From Eledone cirrhosa (Eukaryota), in assembly GCA_964016885.1 (NCBI GenBank), contig OZ024741.1:28768001-28832000 (forward strand): a stretch of 64,000 nucleotides of DNA, written 5' to 3'. The notes beneath the pieces were generated by a model. The model ran no database searches. It worked only from the letters and a program-made list of their open reading frames with translations, and was not told where the DNA came from. Positions 24,901-38,480 of this stretch are shown here, piece after piece. The first letter of the stretch is position 1. Every line of letters begins with the position of its first letter. The position numbers and the translations under genes were made by a program.

Positions 24901-27900
24901 GTGCAGTTATAACAGTGGCACACATTGTCTCAGAGTGTCTGGAGAAGATGTATCTCCTCTGTGTCTATTGTGTGGTGATGCAGTTATAACAGTGGCACAC
25001 ATTGTCTCAGAGTGTGTGGAGAAGATGTATCTCCTCTGTGTCTATTGTGTGGTGGTGCAGTTATAACAGTGGTACACATTGTCTCAGAGTGTCTGGAGAA
25101 GATGTATCTCCCCCGTGTCTATTGTGTGGAGGTGCAGTTATAACAGTGGAATACATTGTCTCAGAGTGTCTGGAGAAGATGTATCTCCTCTGTGTCTATT
25201 GTGTGGTGTAGGAGTTATAACAGTGGCACACATTGTCTCAGAGTGTCTGGAGAAGATGTATCTCCCCCGTGTCTATTGTGTGGAGGTGCAGTTATAACAG
25301 TGGCATACATTGTCTCAGAGTGTCTGGAGAAGATGTATCTCCTCTGTGTCTATTGTGTGGTGATGCAGTTATAACAGTGTCACACATTGTCTCAGAGTGT
25401 CTGGAGAAGATGTATCTCCCCCGTGTCTATTGTGTGGAGGTGCAGTTATAACAGTGGCATACATTGTCTCAGAGTGTCTGGAGAAGATGTATCTCCTCTG
25501 TGTCTATTGTGTGGTGGTGCAGTTATAACAGTGGCACACATTGTCTCAGAGTGTCTGGAGAAGATGTATCTCCTCTGTGTCTATTGTGTTGTGGTGCAGT
25601 TATAACGGTGGCACACATTGTCTCAGAGTGTCTGAAAAAGATGTATCTCCCCTGTGTCTATTGTGTAGTGGTGCAGTTATAACAGTGGTACACATTGTCT
25701 CAGAGTGTCTGGAGAAGATGTATCTCCTCTGTGTCTATTGTGTGGTGGTGCAGTTATAACAGTGGCGGACATTGTCTCAGAGTGTCTGAAAAAGATGTAT
25801 CTCCCCTGTGTCTATTGTGTAGTGGTGCAGTTATAACAGTGGAACACATTGTCTCAGAGTGTCTGGAGAAGATGTATCTCCTCTGTGTCTATTGTGTGGT
25901 GGTGCAGTTATAACAGTGGAACACATTGTCTCAGAGTGTCTGGAGAAGATGTATCTCCTCTGTGTCTATTGTGTGGAGGTGCAGTTATAACAGTGGCATA
26001 CATTGTCTCAGAGTGTCTGGAGAAGATGTATCTCCTCTGTGTCTATTGTGTGGTGGTGCAGTTATAACAGTGGCACACATTGTCTCAGAGTGTCTGGAGA
26101 AAATGTATCTCCTCTGAGTCTATTGTGTGGTGGTGCAGTTATAACAGTGGCACACATTGTCTCAGAGTGTCTGGAGAAGATGTATCTCCTCTGTGTCTAT
26201 TGTGTGGTGGTGCAGTTATAACAGTGGCACACATTGTCTCAGAGTGTCTGGAGAAGATGTATCTCCCCCGTGTCTATTGTGTGGAGGTGCAGTTATAACA
26301 GTGGCATACATTGTCTCAGAGTGTCTGGAGAAGATGTATCTCCTCTGTGTCTATTGTGTGGGGATGCAGTTATAACAGTGGCACACATTGGCTCAGAGTG
26401 TCTGGAGAAGTTGTATCTCCTCTGTGTCTATTGTGTGGTGGTGCAGTTATAACAGTGGCACACATTGTCTCAGAGTGTGTGGAGAAGATGTATCTCCTCT
26501 GTGTCTATTGTGTGGTGATGCAGTTATAACAGTGTCACACGTTGTCTCAGAGTGTCTGGAGAAGATGTATCTCCTCTGTGTCTATTGTGTGGTGGTGCAG
26601 TTATAACAGTGGCACACATTGTCTCAGAGTGTGTGGAGAAGATGTATCTCCTCTGTGTCTATTGTGTGGTGGTGCAGTTATAACAGTGTCACACGTTGTC
26701 TCAGAGTGTCTGGAGAAGATGTATCTCCTCTGTGTCTATTGTGTGGTGGTGCAGTTATAACAGTGGCACACATTGGCTCAGAGTGTCTGGAGAAGTTGTA
26801 TCTCCTCTGTGTCTATTGTGTGGTGGTGCAGTTATAACAGTGGCACACATTGTCTCAGAGTGTGTGGAGAAGATGTATCTCCTCTGTGTCTATTGTGTGG
26901 TGATGCAGTTATAACAGTGGCACACATTGTCTCAGAGTGTTTGGAGAAGATGTATCTCCTCTGTGTCTATTGTGTGGTGGTGCAGTTATAACAGTGGTAC
27001 ACATTGTCTCAGAGTGTCTGGAGAAGATGTATCTCCTCTGTGTCTATTGTGTGGTGGTGCAGTTATAACAGTGGCACACATTGTCTCAGAGTGTGTGGAG
27101 AAGATGTATCTCCTCTGTGTCTATTGTGTGGTGGTGCAGTTATAACAGTGGCACACATTGTCTCAGAGTGTCTGGAGAAGATGTATCTCCTCTGTGTCTA
27201 TTGTGTGGTGATGCAGTTATAACAGTGGCACACATTGTCTCAGAGTGTGTGGAGAAGATGTATCTCCTCTGTGTCTATTGTGTGGTGGTGCAGTTATAAC
27301 AGTGGTACACATTGTCTCAGAGTGTCTGGAGAAGATGTATCTCCCCCGTGTCTATTGTGTGGAGGTGCAGTTATAACAGTGGAATACATTGTCTCAGAGT
27401 GTCTGGAGAAGATGTATCTCCTCTGTGTCTATTGTGTGGTGTAGGAGTTATAACAGTGGCACACATTGTCTCAGAGTGTCTGGAGAAGATGTATCTCCCC
27501 CGTGTCTATTGTGTGGAGGTGCAGTTATAACAGTGGCATACATTGTCTCAGAGTGTCTGGAGAAGATGTATCTCCTCTGTGTCTATTGTGTGGTGATGCA
27601 GTTATAACAGTGTCACACATTGTCTCAGAGTGTCTGGAGAAGATGTATCTCCTCTGTGTCTATTGTGTTGTGGTGCAGTTATAACGGTGGCACACATTGT
27701 CTCAGAGTGTCTGAAAAAGATGTATCTCCCCTGTGTCTATTGTGTAGTGGTGCAGTTATAACAGTGGTACACATTGTCTCAGAGTGTCTGGAGAAGATGT
27801 ATCTCCTCTGTGTCTATTGTGTGGTGGTGCAGTTATAACAGTGGCGGACATTGTCTCAGAGTGTCTGAAAAAGATGTATCTCCCCTGTGTCTATTGTGTA

Positions 27901-29850
27901 GTGGTGCAGTTATAACAGTGGAACACATTGTCTCAGAGTGTCTGGAGAAGATGTATCTCCTCTGTGTCTATTGTGTGGTGGTGCAGTTATAACAGTGGAA
28001 CACATTGTCTCAGAGTGTCTGGAGAAGATGTATCTCCTCTGTGTCTATTGTGTGGAGGTGCAGTTATAACAGTGGCATACATTGTCTCAGAGTGTCTGGA
28101 GAAGATGTATCTCCTCTGTGTCTATTGTGTGGTGGTGCAGTTATAACAGTGGCACACATTGTCTCAGAGTGTCTGGAGAAAATGTATCTCCTCTGAGTCT
28201 ATTGTGTGGTGGTGCAGTTATAACAGTGGCACACATTGTCTCAGAGTGTCTGGAGAAGATGTATCTCCTCTGTGTCTATTGTGTGGTGGTGCAGTTATAA
28301 CAGTGGCACACATTGTCTCAGAGTGTCTGGAGAAGATGTATCTCCCCCGTGTCTATTGTGTGGAGGTGCAGTTATAACAGTGGCATACATTGTCTCAGAG
28401 TGTCTGGAGAAGATGTATCTCCTCTGTGTCTATTGTGTGGGGATGCAGTTATAACAGTGGCACACATTGGCTCAGAGTGTCTGGAGAAGTTGTATCTCCT
28501 CTGTGTCTATTGTGTGGTGGTGCAGTTATAACAGTGGCACACATTGTCTCAGAGTGTGTGGAGAAGATGTATCTCCTCTGTGTCTATTGTGTGGTGATGC
28601 AGTTATAACAGTGTCACACGTTGTCTCAGAGTGTCTGGAGAAGATGTATCTCCTCTGTGTCTATTGTGTGGTGGTGCAGTTATAACAGTGGCACACATTG
28701 TCTCAGAGTGTGTGGAGAAGATGTATCTCCTCTGTGTCTATTGTGTGGTGGTGCAGTTATAACAGTGTCACACGTTGTCTCAGAGTGTCTGGAGAAGATG
28801 TATCTCCTCTGTGTCTATTGTGTGGTGGTGCAGTTATAACAGTGGCACACATTGGCTCAGAGTGTCTGGAGAAGTTGTATCTCCTCTGTGTCTATTGTGT
28901 GGTGGTGCAGTTATAACAGTGGCACACATTGTCTCAGAGTGTGTGGAGAAGATGTATCTCCTCTGTGTCTATTGTGTGGTGATGCAGTTATAACAGTGGC
29001 ACACATTGTCTCAGAGTGTTTGGAGAAGATGTATCTCCTCTGTGTCTATTGTGTGGTGGTGCAGTTATAACAGTGGTACACATTGTCTCAGAGTGTCTGG
29101 AGAAGATGTATCTCCTCTGTGTCTATTGTGTGGTGGTGCAGTTATAACAGTGGCACACATTGTCTCAGAGTGTGTGGAGAAGATGTATCTCCTCTGTGTC
29201 TATTGTGTGGTGGTGCAGTTATAACAGTGGCACACATTGTCTCAGAGTGTCTGGAGAAGATGTATCTCCTCTGTGTCTATTGTGTGGTGATGCAGTTATA
29301 ACAGTGGCACACATTGTCTCAGAGTGTGTGGAGAAGATGTATCTCCTCTGTGTCTATTGTGTGGTGGTGCAGTTATAACAGTGGTACACATTGTCTCAGA
29401 GTGTCTGGAGAAGATGTATCTCCCCCGTGTCTATTGTGTGGAGGTGCAGTTATAACAGTGGAATACATTGTCTCAGAGTGTCTGGAGAAGATGTATCTCC
29501 TCTGTGTCTATTGTGTGGTGTAGGAGTTATAACAGTGGCACACATTGTCTCAGAGTGTCTGGAGAAGATGTATCTCCCCCGTGTCTATTGTGTGGAGGTG
29601 CAGTTATAACAGTGGCATACATTGTCTCAGAGTGTCTGGAGAAGATGTATCTCCTCTGTGTCTATTGTGTGGTGATGCAGTTATAACAGTGTCACACATT
29701 GTCTCAGAGTGTCTGGAGAAGATGTATCTCCCCCGTGTCTATTGTGTGGAGGTGCAGTTATAACAGTGGCATACATTGTCTCAGAGTGTCTGGAGAAGAT
29801 GTATCTCCTCTGTGTCTATTGTGTGGTGGTGCAGTTATAACAGTGGCACA
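18994..29850 (+). repeat. Higher-order repeat: five tandem copies of a 27/29-monomer unit (2079/2233 bp)
   Basis: Monomers carrying GAGAAAATG..CTGAGTC have ORF starts at 19535, 21614, 23847, 26080 and 28159. GTGTAGGA monomers are at 20844, 22923, 25156, 27389 and 29468. Both give spacings of 2079, 2233, 2233, 2079. Confidence 0.93.
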
Positions 29851-32800
29851 CATTGTCTCAGAGTGTCTGGAGAAGATGTATCTCCCCCGTGTCTATTGTG
29901 TGGTGGTGCAGTTATAACAGTGGCATACATTGTCTCAGAGTGTCTGGAGAAGATGTATCTCCCCCGTGTCTATTGTGTGGTGGTGCAGTTATAACAGTGG
30001 CACACATTGTCTCAGCGTGTCTGGGGAAGTTGTATCTCCTCTGTGTCTATTGTGTGCTGGTGAAGTTATAACAGTGGCACACATTGTCTCAGAGTGTCTG
30101 GAGAAGATGTATCTCCTCTGTGTCTATTGTGTGGTGGTGCAGTAATAACAGTGGCACACTATGTCTCAGAGTGTCTGGAGAAGATGTATCTCCCCCGTGT
30201 CTATTGTGTGGTGGTGCAGTTATAACAGTGGCACACATTGTCTCAGAGTGTCTGGAGAAGATGTATCTCCTCTGTGTCTATTGTGTAGTGATGCAGTTAT
30301 AACAGTGGTACACACTGTCTCAGAGTGTCTGGAGAAGATGTTTCTCCTCTGTGTCTATTGTGTGGTGGTGCAGTTATAACAGTGGTACACATTGTCTCAG
30401 TGTCTGGAGAAGATGTATCTCCTCTGTGTCTATTGTGTTGTGGTGCAGTTATAACGGTGGCACACATTGTCTCAGAGTGTCTGGAGAAGATGTTTCTCCT
30501 CTGTGTCTATTGTGTGGTGGTGCAGTTATAACAGTGGTACACATTGTCTCAGTGTCTGGAGAAGATGTTTCTCCTCTGTGTCTATTGTGTGGTGGTGCAG
30601 TTATAACAGTGGTACACATTGTCTCAGAGTGTCTGGAGAAGATGTTTCTCCTCTGTGTCTATTGTGTGGTGGTGCAGTTATAACAGTGGTACACATTGTC
30701 TCAGTGTCTGGAGAAGATGTATCTCCTCTGTGTCTATTGTGTGGTGGTGCAGTTATAACAGTGGCACACATTGTCTCAGAGTGTCTGGAGAAGATGTATC
30801 TCCTCTGTGTCTATTGTGTTGTGGTGCAGTTATAACGGTGGCACACATTGTCTCAGAGTGTCTGAAAAAGATGTATCTCCCCTGTGTCTATTGTGTAGTG
30901 GTGCAGTTATAACAGTGGTACACATTGTCTCAGAGTGTCTGGAGAAGATGTATCTCCTCTGTGTCTATTGTGTGGTGGTGCAGTTATAACAGTGGCGGAC
31001 ATTGTCTCAGAGTGTCTGAAAAAGATGTATCTCCCCTGTGTCTATTGTGTAGTGGTGCAGTTATAACAGTGGAACACATTGTCTCAGAGTGTCTGGAGAA
31101 GATGTATCTCCTCTGTGTCTATTGTGTGGTGGTGCAGTTATAACAGTGGAACACATTGTCTCAGAGTGTCTGGAGAAGATGTATCTCCTCTGTGTCTATT
31201 GTGTGGAGGTGCAGTTATAACAGTGGCATACATTGTCTCAGAGTGTCTGGAGAAGATGTATCTCCTCTGTGTCTATTGTGTGGTGGTGCAGTTATAACAG
31301 TGGCACACATTGTCTCAGAGTGTCTGGAGAAAATGTATCTCCTCTGAGTCTATTGTGTGGTGGTGCAGTTATAACAGTGGCACACATTGTCTCAGAGTGT
31401 CTGGAGAAGATGTATCTCCTCTGTGTCTATTGTGTGGTGGTGCAGTTATAACAGTGGCACACATTGTCTCAGAGTGTCTGGAGAAGATGTATCTCCTCTG
31501 TGTCTATTGTGTGGTGATGCAGTTATAACAGTGGCACACATTGTCTCAGAGTGTCTGGAGACGATGTATCTCCTCTGTGTCTATTGTGTGGTGGTGCAGT
31601 TATAACAGTGGCACACATTGTCTCAGTGTCTGGAGAAGATGTATCTCCTCTGTGTCTATTGTGTAGTGGTGCAGTTATAACAGTGGCACACATTGTCTCA
31701 GAGTGTCTGGAGAAGATGTATCTCCTCTGTGTCTATTGTGTAGTGGTGCAGTTATAACAGTGGCATACATTGTCTCAGAGTGTCTGGAGAGGACGTTTCT
31801 CCTCTGTGTCTATTGTGTGGTGGTGCAGTTATAACAGTGGTACACATTGTCTCAGAGTGTCTGGAGAAGATGTATCTCCTCTGTGTCTATTGTGTGGTGG
31901 TGCAGTTATAACAGTGGAACACATTGTCTCAGAGTGTCTGGAGAAGATGTATCTCCTCTGTGTCTATTGTGTGGTGGTGCAGTTATAACAGTGGCACACA
32001 TTGTCTCAGAGTGTCTGGAGAAGATGTATCTCCTCTGTGTCTATTGAGTGGTGGTGCAGTTATAACAGTGGCACACATTGTCTCAGAGTGTGTGGAGAAG
32101 ATGTACCTCCTCTGTGTCTATTGTGTGGTGGTGCAGTTATAACAGTGGCACACATTGTCTCAGAGTGTGTGGAGAAGATGTATCTCCTCTGTGTCTATTG
32201 TGTGGTGGTGCAGTTATAACAGTGGCATACATTGTCTCAGAGTGTCTGGAGAAGATGTATCTCCTCTGTGTCTATTGTGTGGTGGTGCAGTTATAACAGT
32301 GGAACACATTGTCTCAGAGTGTCTGGAGAAGACGTATCTCCTCTGTGTCTATTGTGTGGTGGTGCAGTTATAACAGTGGAACACATTGTCTCAGAGTGTC
32401 TGGAGAAGATGTATCTCCTCTGTGTCTATTGTGTGGAGGTGCAGTTATAACAGTGGCATACATTGTCTCAGAGTGTCTGGAGAAGATGTATCTCCTCTGT
32501 GTCTATTGTGTGGTGGTGCAGTTATAACAGTGGCACACATTGTCTCAGAGTGTGTGGAGAAGATGTATCTCCTCTGTGTCTATTGTGTGGTGGTGCAGTT
32601 ATAACAGTGGCACACATTGTCTCAGAGTGTCTGGAGAAGATGTATCTCCTCTGTGTCTATTGTGTGGTGGTGCAGTTATAACAGTGGCACACATTGTCTC
32701 AGAGTGTCTGGAGAATATGTTTACCTCTGTGTCTATTGTGTGGTGGTGCAGTTATAACAGTGGCACACATTGTCTCAGAGTGTCTGGAGAAGTTGTGTCT

Positions 32801-33843
32801 CCTCTGTGTCTATTGTCTGGTGGTGCAGTTATAACGGTGGCACACATTGTCTCAGTGTCTGGAGAAGATGTATCTCCTCTATGTCTATTGTGTAGTGGTG
32901 CAGTTATAACAGTGGCATACATTGTCTCAGAGTGTCTGGAGAAGATGTATCTCCTCTGTGTCTATTGTGTGGTGGTGCAGTTATAACAGTGGCATACATT
33001 GTCTCAGAGTGTCTGGAGAAGACGTTTCTCCTCTGTGTCTATTGTGTGGTGGTGCAGTTATAACAGTGGCATACATTGTCTCAGAGTGTCTGGAGAAGAT
33101 GTATCTCCTCTGTGTCTATTGTGTGGTGGTGCAGTTATAACAGTGGCATACATTGTCTCAGAGTGTCTGGAGAAGATGTATCTCCTCTGTGTCTATTGTG
33201 TGGTGGTGCAGTTATAACAGTGGCATACATTGTCTCAGAGTGTCTGGAGAAGATGTATCTCCTCTGTGTCTATTGTGTGGTGGTGCAGTTATAACAGTGG
33301 TACACCTTGTCTCAGAGTGTGTGGAGAAGATGTATCTCCTCTGTGTCTATTGTGTGGTGGTGCAGTTATAACAGTGGCATACATTGTCTCAGAGTGTCTG
33401 GAGGAGATGTATCTCCCCCGTGTCTATTGTGTGGTGGTGCAGTTATAACAGTGGCTCACCTTGTCTCAGAGTGTCTGGGGAAGTTGTATCTCCTCTGTGT
33501 CTATTGTGTGGTGGTGCAGTAATAACAGTGGCACACATTGTCTCAGAGTGTCTGGAGAAGATGTATCTCCTCTGTGTCTATTGTGTGGTGGTGAAGTTAT
33601 AACAGTGGCACACATTGTCTCAGAGTGTCTGGAGAAGATGTATCTCCTCTGTGTCTATTGTGTGGTGGTGCAGTAATAACAGTGGCACACTATGTCTCAG
33701 AGTGTCTGGAGAAGATGTATCTCCCCCGTGTCTATCGTGTGGTGGTGCAGTTATAACAGTGGCACACATTGTCTCAGAGTGTTTGGAGAAGATGTATCTC
33801 CCCTGTGTCTATTGTGTAGTGGTGCAGTTATAACAGTGGCACA

Positions 33844-36800
33844 CATTGTCTCAGAGTGTCTGGAGAAGATGTATCTCCTCTGTGTCTATTGTGTGGTGGT
33901 GCAGTTATAACAGTGGCGGACATTGTCTCAGAGTGTCTGAAAAAGATGTATCTCCCCTGTGTCTATTGTGTAGTGGTGCAGTTATAACAGTGGAACACAT
34001 TGTCTCAGAGTGTCTGGAGAAGATGTATCTCCTCTGTGTCTATTGTGTGGTGGTGCAGTTATAACAGTGGAACACATTGTCTCAGAGTGTCTGGAGAAGA
34101 TGTATCTCCTCTGTGTCTATTGTGTGGAGGTGCAGTTATAACAGTGGCATACATTGTCTCAGAGTGTCTGGAGAAGATGTATCTCCTCTGTGTCTATTGT
34201 GTGGTGGTGCAGTTATAACAGTGGCACACATTGTCTCAGAGTGTCTGGAGAAAATGTATCTCCTCTGAGTCTATTGTGTGGTGGTGCAGTTATAACAGTG
34301 GCACACATTGTCTCAGAGTGTCTGGAGAAGATGTATCTCCTCTGTGTCTATTGTGTGGTGGTGCAGTTATAACAGTGGCACACATTGTCTCAGAGTGTCT
34401 GGAGAAGATGTATCTCCTCTGTGTCTATTGTGTGGTGATGCAGTTATAACAGTGGCACACATTGTCTCAGAGTGTCTGGAGACGATGTATCTCCTCTGTG
34501 TCTATTGTGTGGTGGTGCAGTTATAACAGTGGCACACATTGTCTCAGTGTCTGGAGAAGATGTATCTCCTCTGTGTCTATTGTGTAGTGGTGCAGTTATA
34601 ACAGTGGCACACATTGTCTCAGAGTGTCTGGAGAAGATGTATCTCCTCTGTGTCTATTGTGTAGTGGTGCAGTTATAACAGTGGCATACATTGTCTCAGA
34701 GTGTCTGGAGAGGACGTTTCTCCTCTGTGTCTATTGTGTGGTGGTGCAGTTATAACAGTGGTACACATTGTCTCAGAGTGTCTGGAGAAGATGTATCTCC
34801 TCTGTGTCTATTGTGTGGTGGTGCAGTTATAACAGTGGAACACATTGTCTCAGAGTGTCTGGAGAAGATGTATCTCCTCTGTGTCTATTGTGTGGTGGTG
34901 CAGTTATAACAGTGGCACACATTGTCTCAGAGTGTCTGGAGAAGATGTATCTCCTCTGTGTCTATTGAGTGGTGGTGCAGTTATAACAGTGGCACACATT
35001 GTCTCAGAGTGTGTGGAGAAGATGTACCTCCTCTGTGTCTATTGTGTGGTGGTGCAGTTATAACAGTGGCACACATTGTCTCAGAGTGTGTGGAGAAGAT
35101 GTATCTCCTCTGTGTCTATTGTGTGGTGGTGCAGTTATAACAGTGGCATACATTGTCTCAGAGTGTCTGGAGAAGATGTATCTCCTCTGTGTCTATTGTG
35201 TGGTGGTGCAGTTATAACAGTGGAACACATTGTCTCAGAGTGTCTGGAGAAGACGTATCTCCTCTGTGTCTATTGTGTGGTGGTGCAGTTATAACAGTGG
35301 AACACATTGTCTCAGAGTGTCTGGAGAAGATGTATCTCCTCTGTGTCTATTGTGTGGAGGTGCAGTTATAACAGTGGCATACATTGTCTCAGAGTGTCTG
35401 GAGAAGATGTATCTCCTCTGTGTCTATTGTGTGGTGGTGCAGTTATAACAGTGGCACACATTGTCTCAGAGTGTGTGGAGAAGATGTATCTCCTCTGTGT
35501 CTATTGTGTGGTGATGCAGTTATAACAGTGGCACACATTGTCTCAGAGTGTGTGGAGAAGATGTATCTCCTCTGTGTCTATTGTGTGGTGGTGCAGTTAT
35601 AACAGTGGTACACATTGTCTCAGAGTGTCTGGAGAAGATGTATCTCCCCCGTGTCTATTGTGTGGAGGTGCAGTTATAACAGTGGAATACATTGTCTCAG
35701 AGTGTCTGGAGAAGATGTATCTCCTCTGTGTCTATTGTGTGGTGGTGGAGTTATAACAGTGGCACACATTGTCTCAGAGTGTCTGGAGAAGATGTATCTC
35801 CCCCGTGTCTATTGTGTGGAGGTGCAGTTATAACAGTGGCATACATTGTCTCAGAGTGTCTGGAGAAGATGTATCTCCTCTGTGTCTATTGTGTGGTGAT
35901 GCAGTTATAACAGTGTCACACATTGTCTCAGAGTGTCTGGAGAAGATGTATCTCCCCCGTGTCTATTGTGTGGAGGTGCAGTTATAACAGTGGCATACAT
36001 TGTCTCAGAGTGTCTGGAGAAGATGTATCTCCTCTGTGTCTATTGTGTGGTGGTGCAGTTATAACAGTGGCACACATTGTCTCAGAGTGTCTGGAGAAGA
36101 TGTATCTCCCCCGTGTCTATTGTGTGGTGGTGCAGTTATAACAGTGGCATACATTGTCTCAGAGTGTCTGGAGAAGATGTATCTCCCCCGTGTCTATTGT
36201 GTGGTGGTGCAGTTATAACAGTGGCATACATTGTCTCAGAGTGTCTGGAGAAGATGTATCTCCTCTGTGTCTATTGTGTGGTGGTGCAGTTATAACAGTG
36301 TCACACGTTGTCTCAGAGTGTCTGGAGAAGATGTATCTCCTCTGTGTCTATTGTGTGGTGGTGCAGTTATAACAGTGGCACACATTGGCTCAGAGTGTCT
36401 GGAGAAGTTGTATCTCCTCTGTGTCTATTGTGTGGTGGTGCAGTTATAACAGTGGCACACATTGTCTCAGAGTGTGTGGAGAAGATGTATCTCCTCTGTG
36501 TCTATTGTGTGGTGATGCAGTTATAACAGTGGCACACATTGTCTCAGAGTGTTTGGAGAAGATGTATCTCCTCTGTGTCTATTGTGTGGTGGTGCAGTTA
36601 TAACAGTGGTACACATTGTCTCAGAGTGTCTGGAGAAGATGTATCTCCTCTGTGTCTATTGTGTGGTGGTGCAGTTATAACAGTGGCACACATTGTCTCA
36701 GAGTGTGTGGAGAAGATGTATCTCCTCTGTGTCTATTGTGTGGTGGTGCAGTTATAACAGTGGCACACATTGTCTCAGAGTGTCTGGAGAAGATGTATCT

Positions 36801-38480
36801 CCTCTGTGTCTATTGTGTGGTGATGCAGTTATAACAGTGGCACACATTGTCTCAGAGTGTGTGGAGAAGATGTATCTCCTCTGTGTCTATTGTGTGGTGG
36901 TGCAGTTATAACAGTGGTACACATTGTCTCAGAGTGTCTGGAGAAGATGTATCTCCCCCGTGTCTATTGTGTGGAGGTGCAGTTATAACAGTGGAATACA
37001 TTGTCTCAGAGTGTCTGGAGAAGATGTATCTCCTCTGTGTCTATTGTGTGGTGTAGGAGTTATAACAGTGGCACACATTGTCTCAGAGTGTCTGGAGAAG
37101 ATGTATCTCCCCCGTGTCTATTGTGTGGAGGTGCAGTTATAACAGTGGCATACATTGTCTCAGAGTGTCTGGAGAAGATGTATCTCCTCTGTGTCTATTG
37201 TGTGGTGATGCAGTTATAACAGTGTCACACATTGTCTCAGAGTGTCTGGAGAAGATGTATCTCCCCCGTGTCTATTGTGTGGAGGTGCAGTTATAACTGT
37301 GGCATACATTGTCTCAGAGTGTCTGGAGAAGATGTATCTCCTCTGTGTCTATTGTGTGGTGGTGCAGTTATAACAGTGGCACACATTGTCTCAGAGTGTC
37401 TGGAGAAGATGTATCTCCCCCGTGTCTATTGTGTGGTGGTGCAGTTATAACAGTGGCATACATTGTCTCAGAGTGTCTGGAGAAGATGTATCTCCCCCGT
37501 GTCTATTGTGTGGTGGTGCAGTTATAACAGTGGCACACATTGTCTCAGCGTGTCTGGGGAAGTTGTATCTCCTCTGTGTCTATTGTGTGCTGGTGAAGTT
37601 ATAACAGTGGCACACATTGTCTCAGAGTGTCTGGAGAAGATGTATCTCCTCTGTGTCTATTGTGTGGTGGTGCAGTAATAACAGTGGCACACTATGTCTC
37701 AGAGTGTCTGGAGAAGATGTATCTCCCCCGTGTCTATTGTGTGGTGGTGCAGTTATAACAGTGGCACACATTGTCTCAGAGTGTCTGGAGAAGATGTATC
37801 TCCTCTGTGTCTATTGTGTAGTGATGCAGTTATAACAGTGGTACACATTGTCTCAGTGTCTGGAGAAGATGTATCTCCTCTGTGTCTATTGTGTTGTGGT
37901 GCAGTTATAACGGTGGCACACATTGTCTCAGAGTGTCTGGAGAAGATGTTTCTCCTCTGTGTCTATTGTGTGGTGGTGCAGTTATAACAGTGGTACACAT
38001 TGTCTCAGTGTCTGGAGAAGATGTTTCTCCTCTGTGTCTATTGTGTGGTGGTGCAGTTATAACAGTGGTACACATTGTCTCAGAGTGTCTGGAGAAGATG
38101 TTTCTCCTCTGTGTCTATTGTGTGGTGGTGCAGTTATAACAGTGGTACACATTGTCTCAGTGTCTGGAGAAGATGTATCTCCTCTGTGTCTATTGTGTGG
38201 TGGTGCAGTTATAACAGTGGCACACATTGTCTCAGAGTGTCTGGAGAAGATGTATCTCCTCTGTGTCTATTGTGTTGTGGTGCAGTTATAACGGTGGCAC
38301 ACATTGTCTCAGAGTGTCTGAAAAAGATGTATCTCCCCTGTGTCTATTGTGTAGTGGTGCAGTTATAACAGTGGTACACATTGTCTCAGAGTGTCTGGAG
38401 AAGATGTATCTCCTCTGTGTCTATTGTGTGGTGGTGCAGTTATAACAGTGGCGGACATTGTCTCAGAGTGTCTGAAAAAG
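33844..38480 (+). repeat. Long-range duplicate of about 14536-19250 (offset 19308 bp, then 19231 bp after a one-monomer loss)
   Basis: ORF pairs 14923/34231, 15383/34691, 17693/37001 and 18309/37617 differ by 19308. Pairs 18692/37923 and 19150/38381 differ by 19231. Confidence 0.87.

Noticed and set aside
37288-37299. Variant extending the palindrome to a perfect 12 bp (CAGTTATAACTG)
   Set aside because: It was seen once and has not spread, so it is most likely a private mutation or sequencing error.
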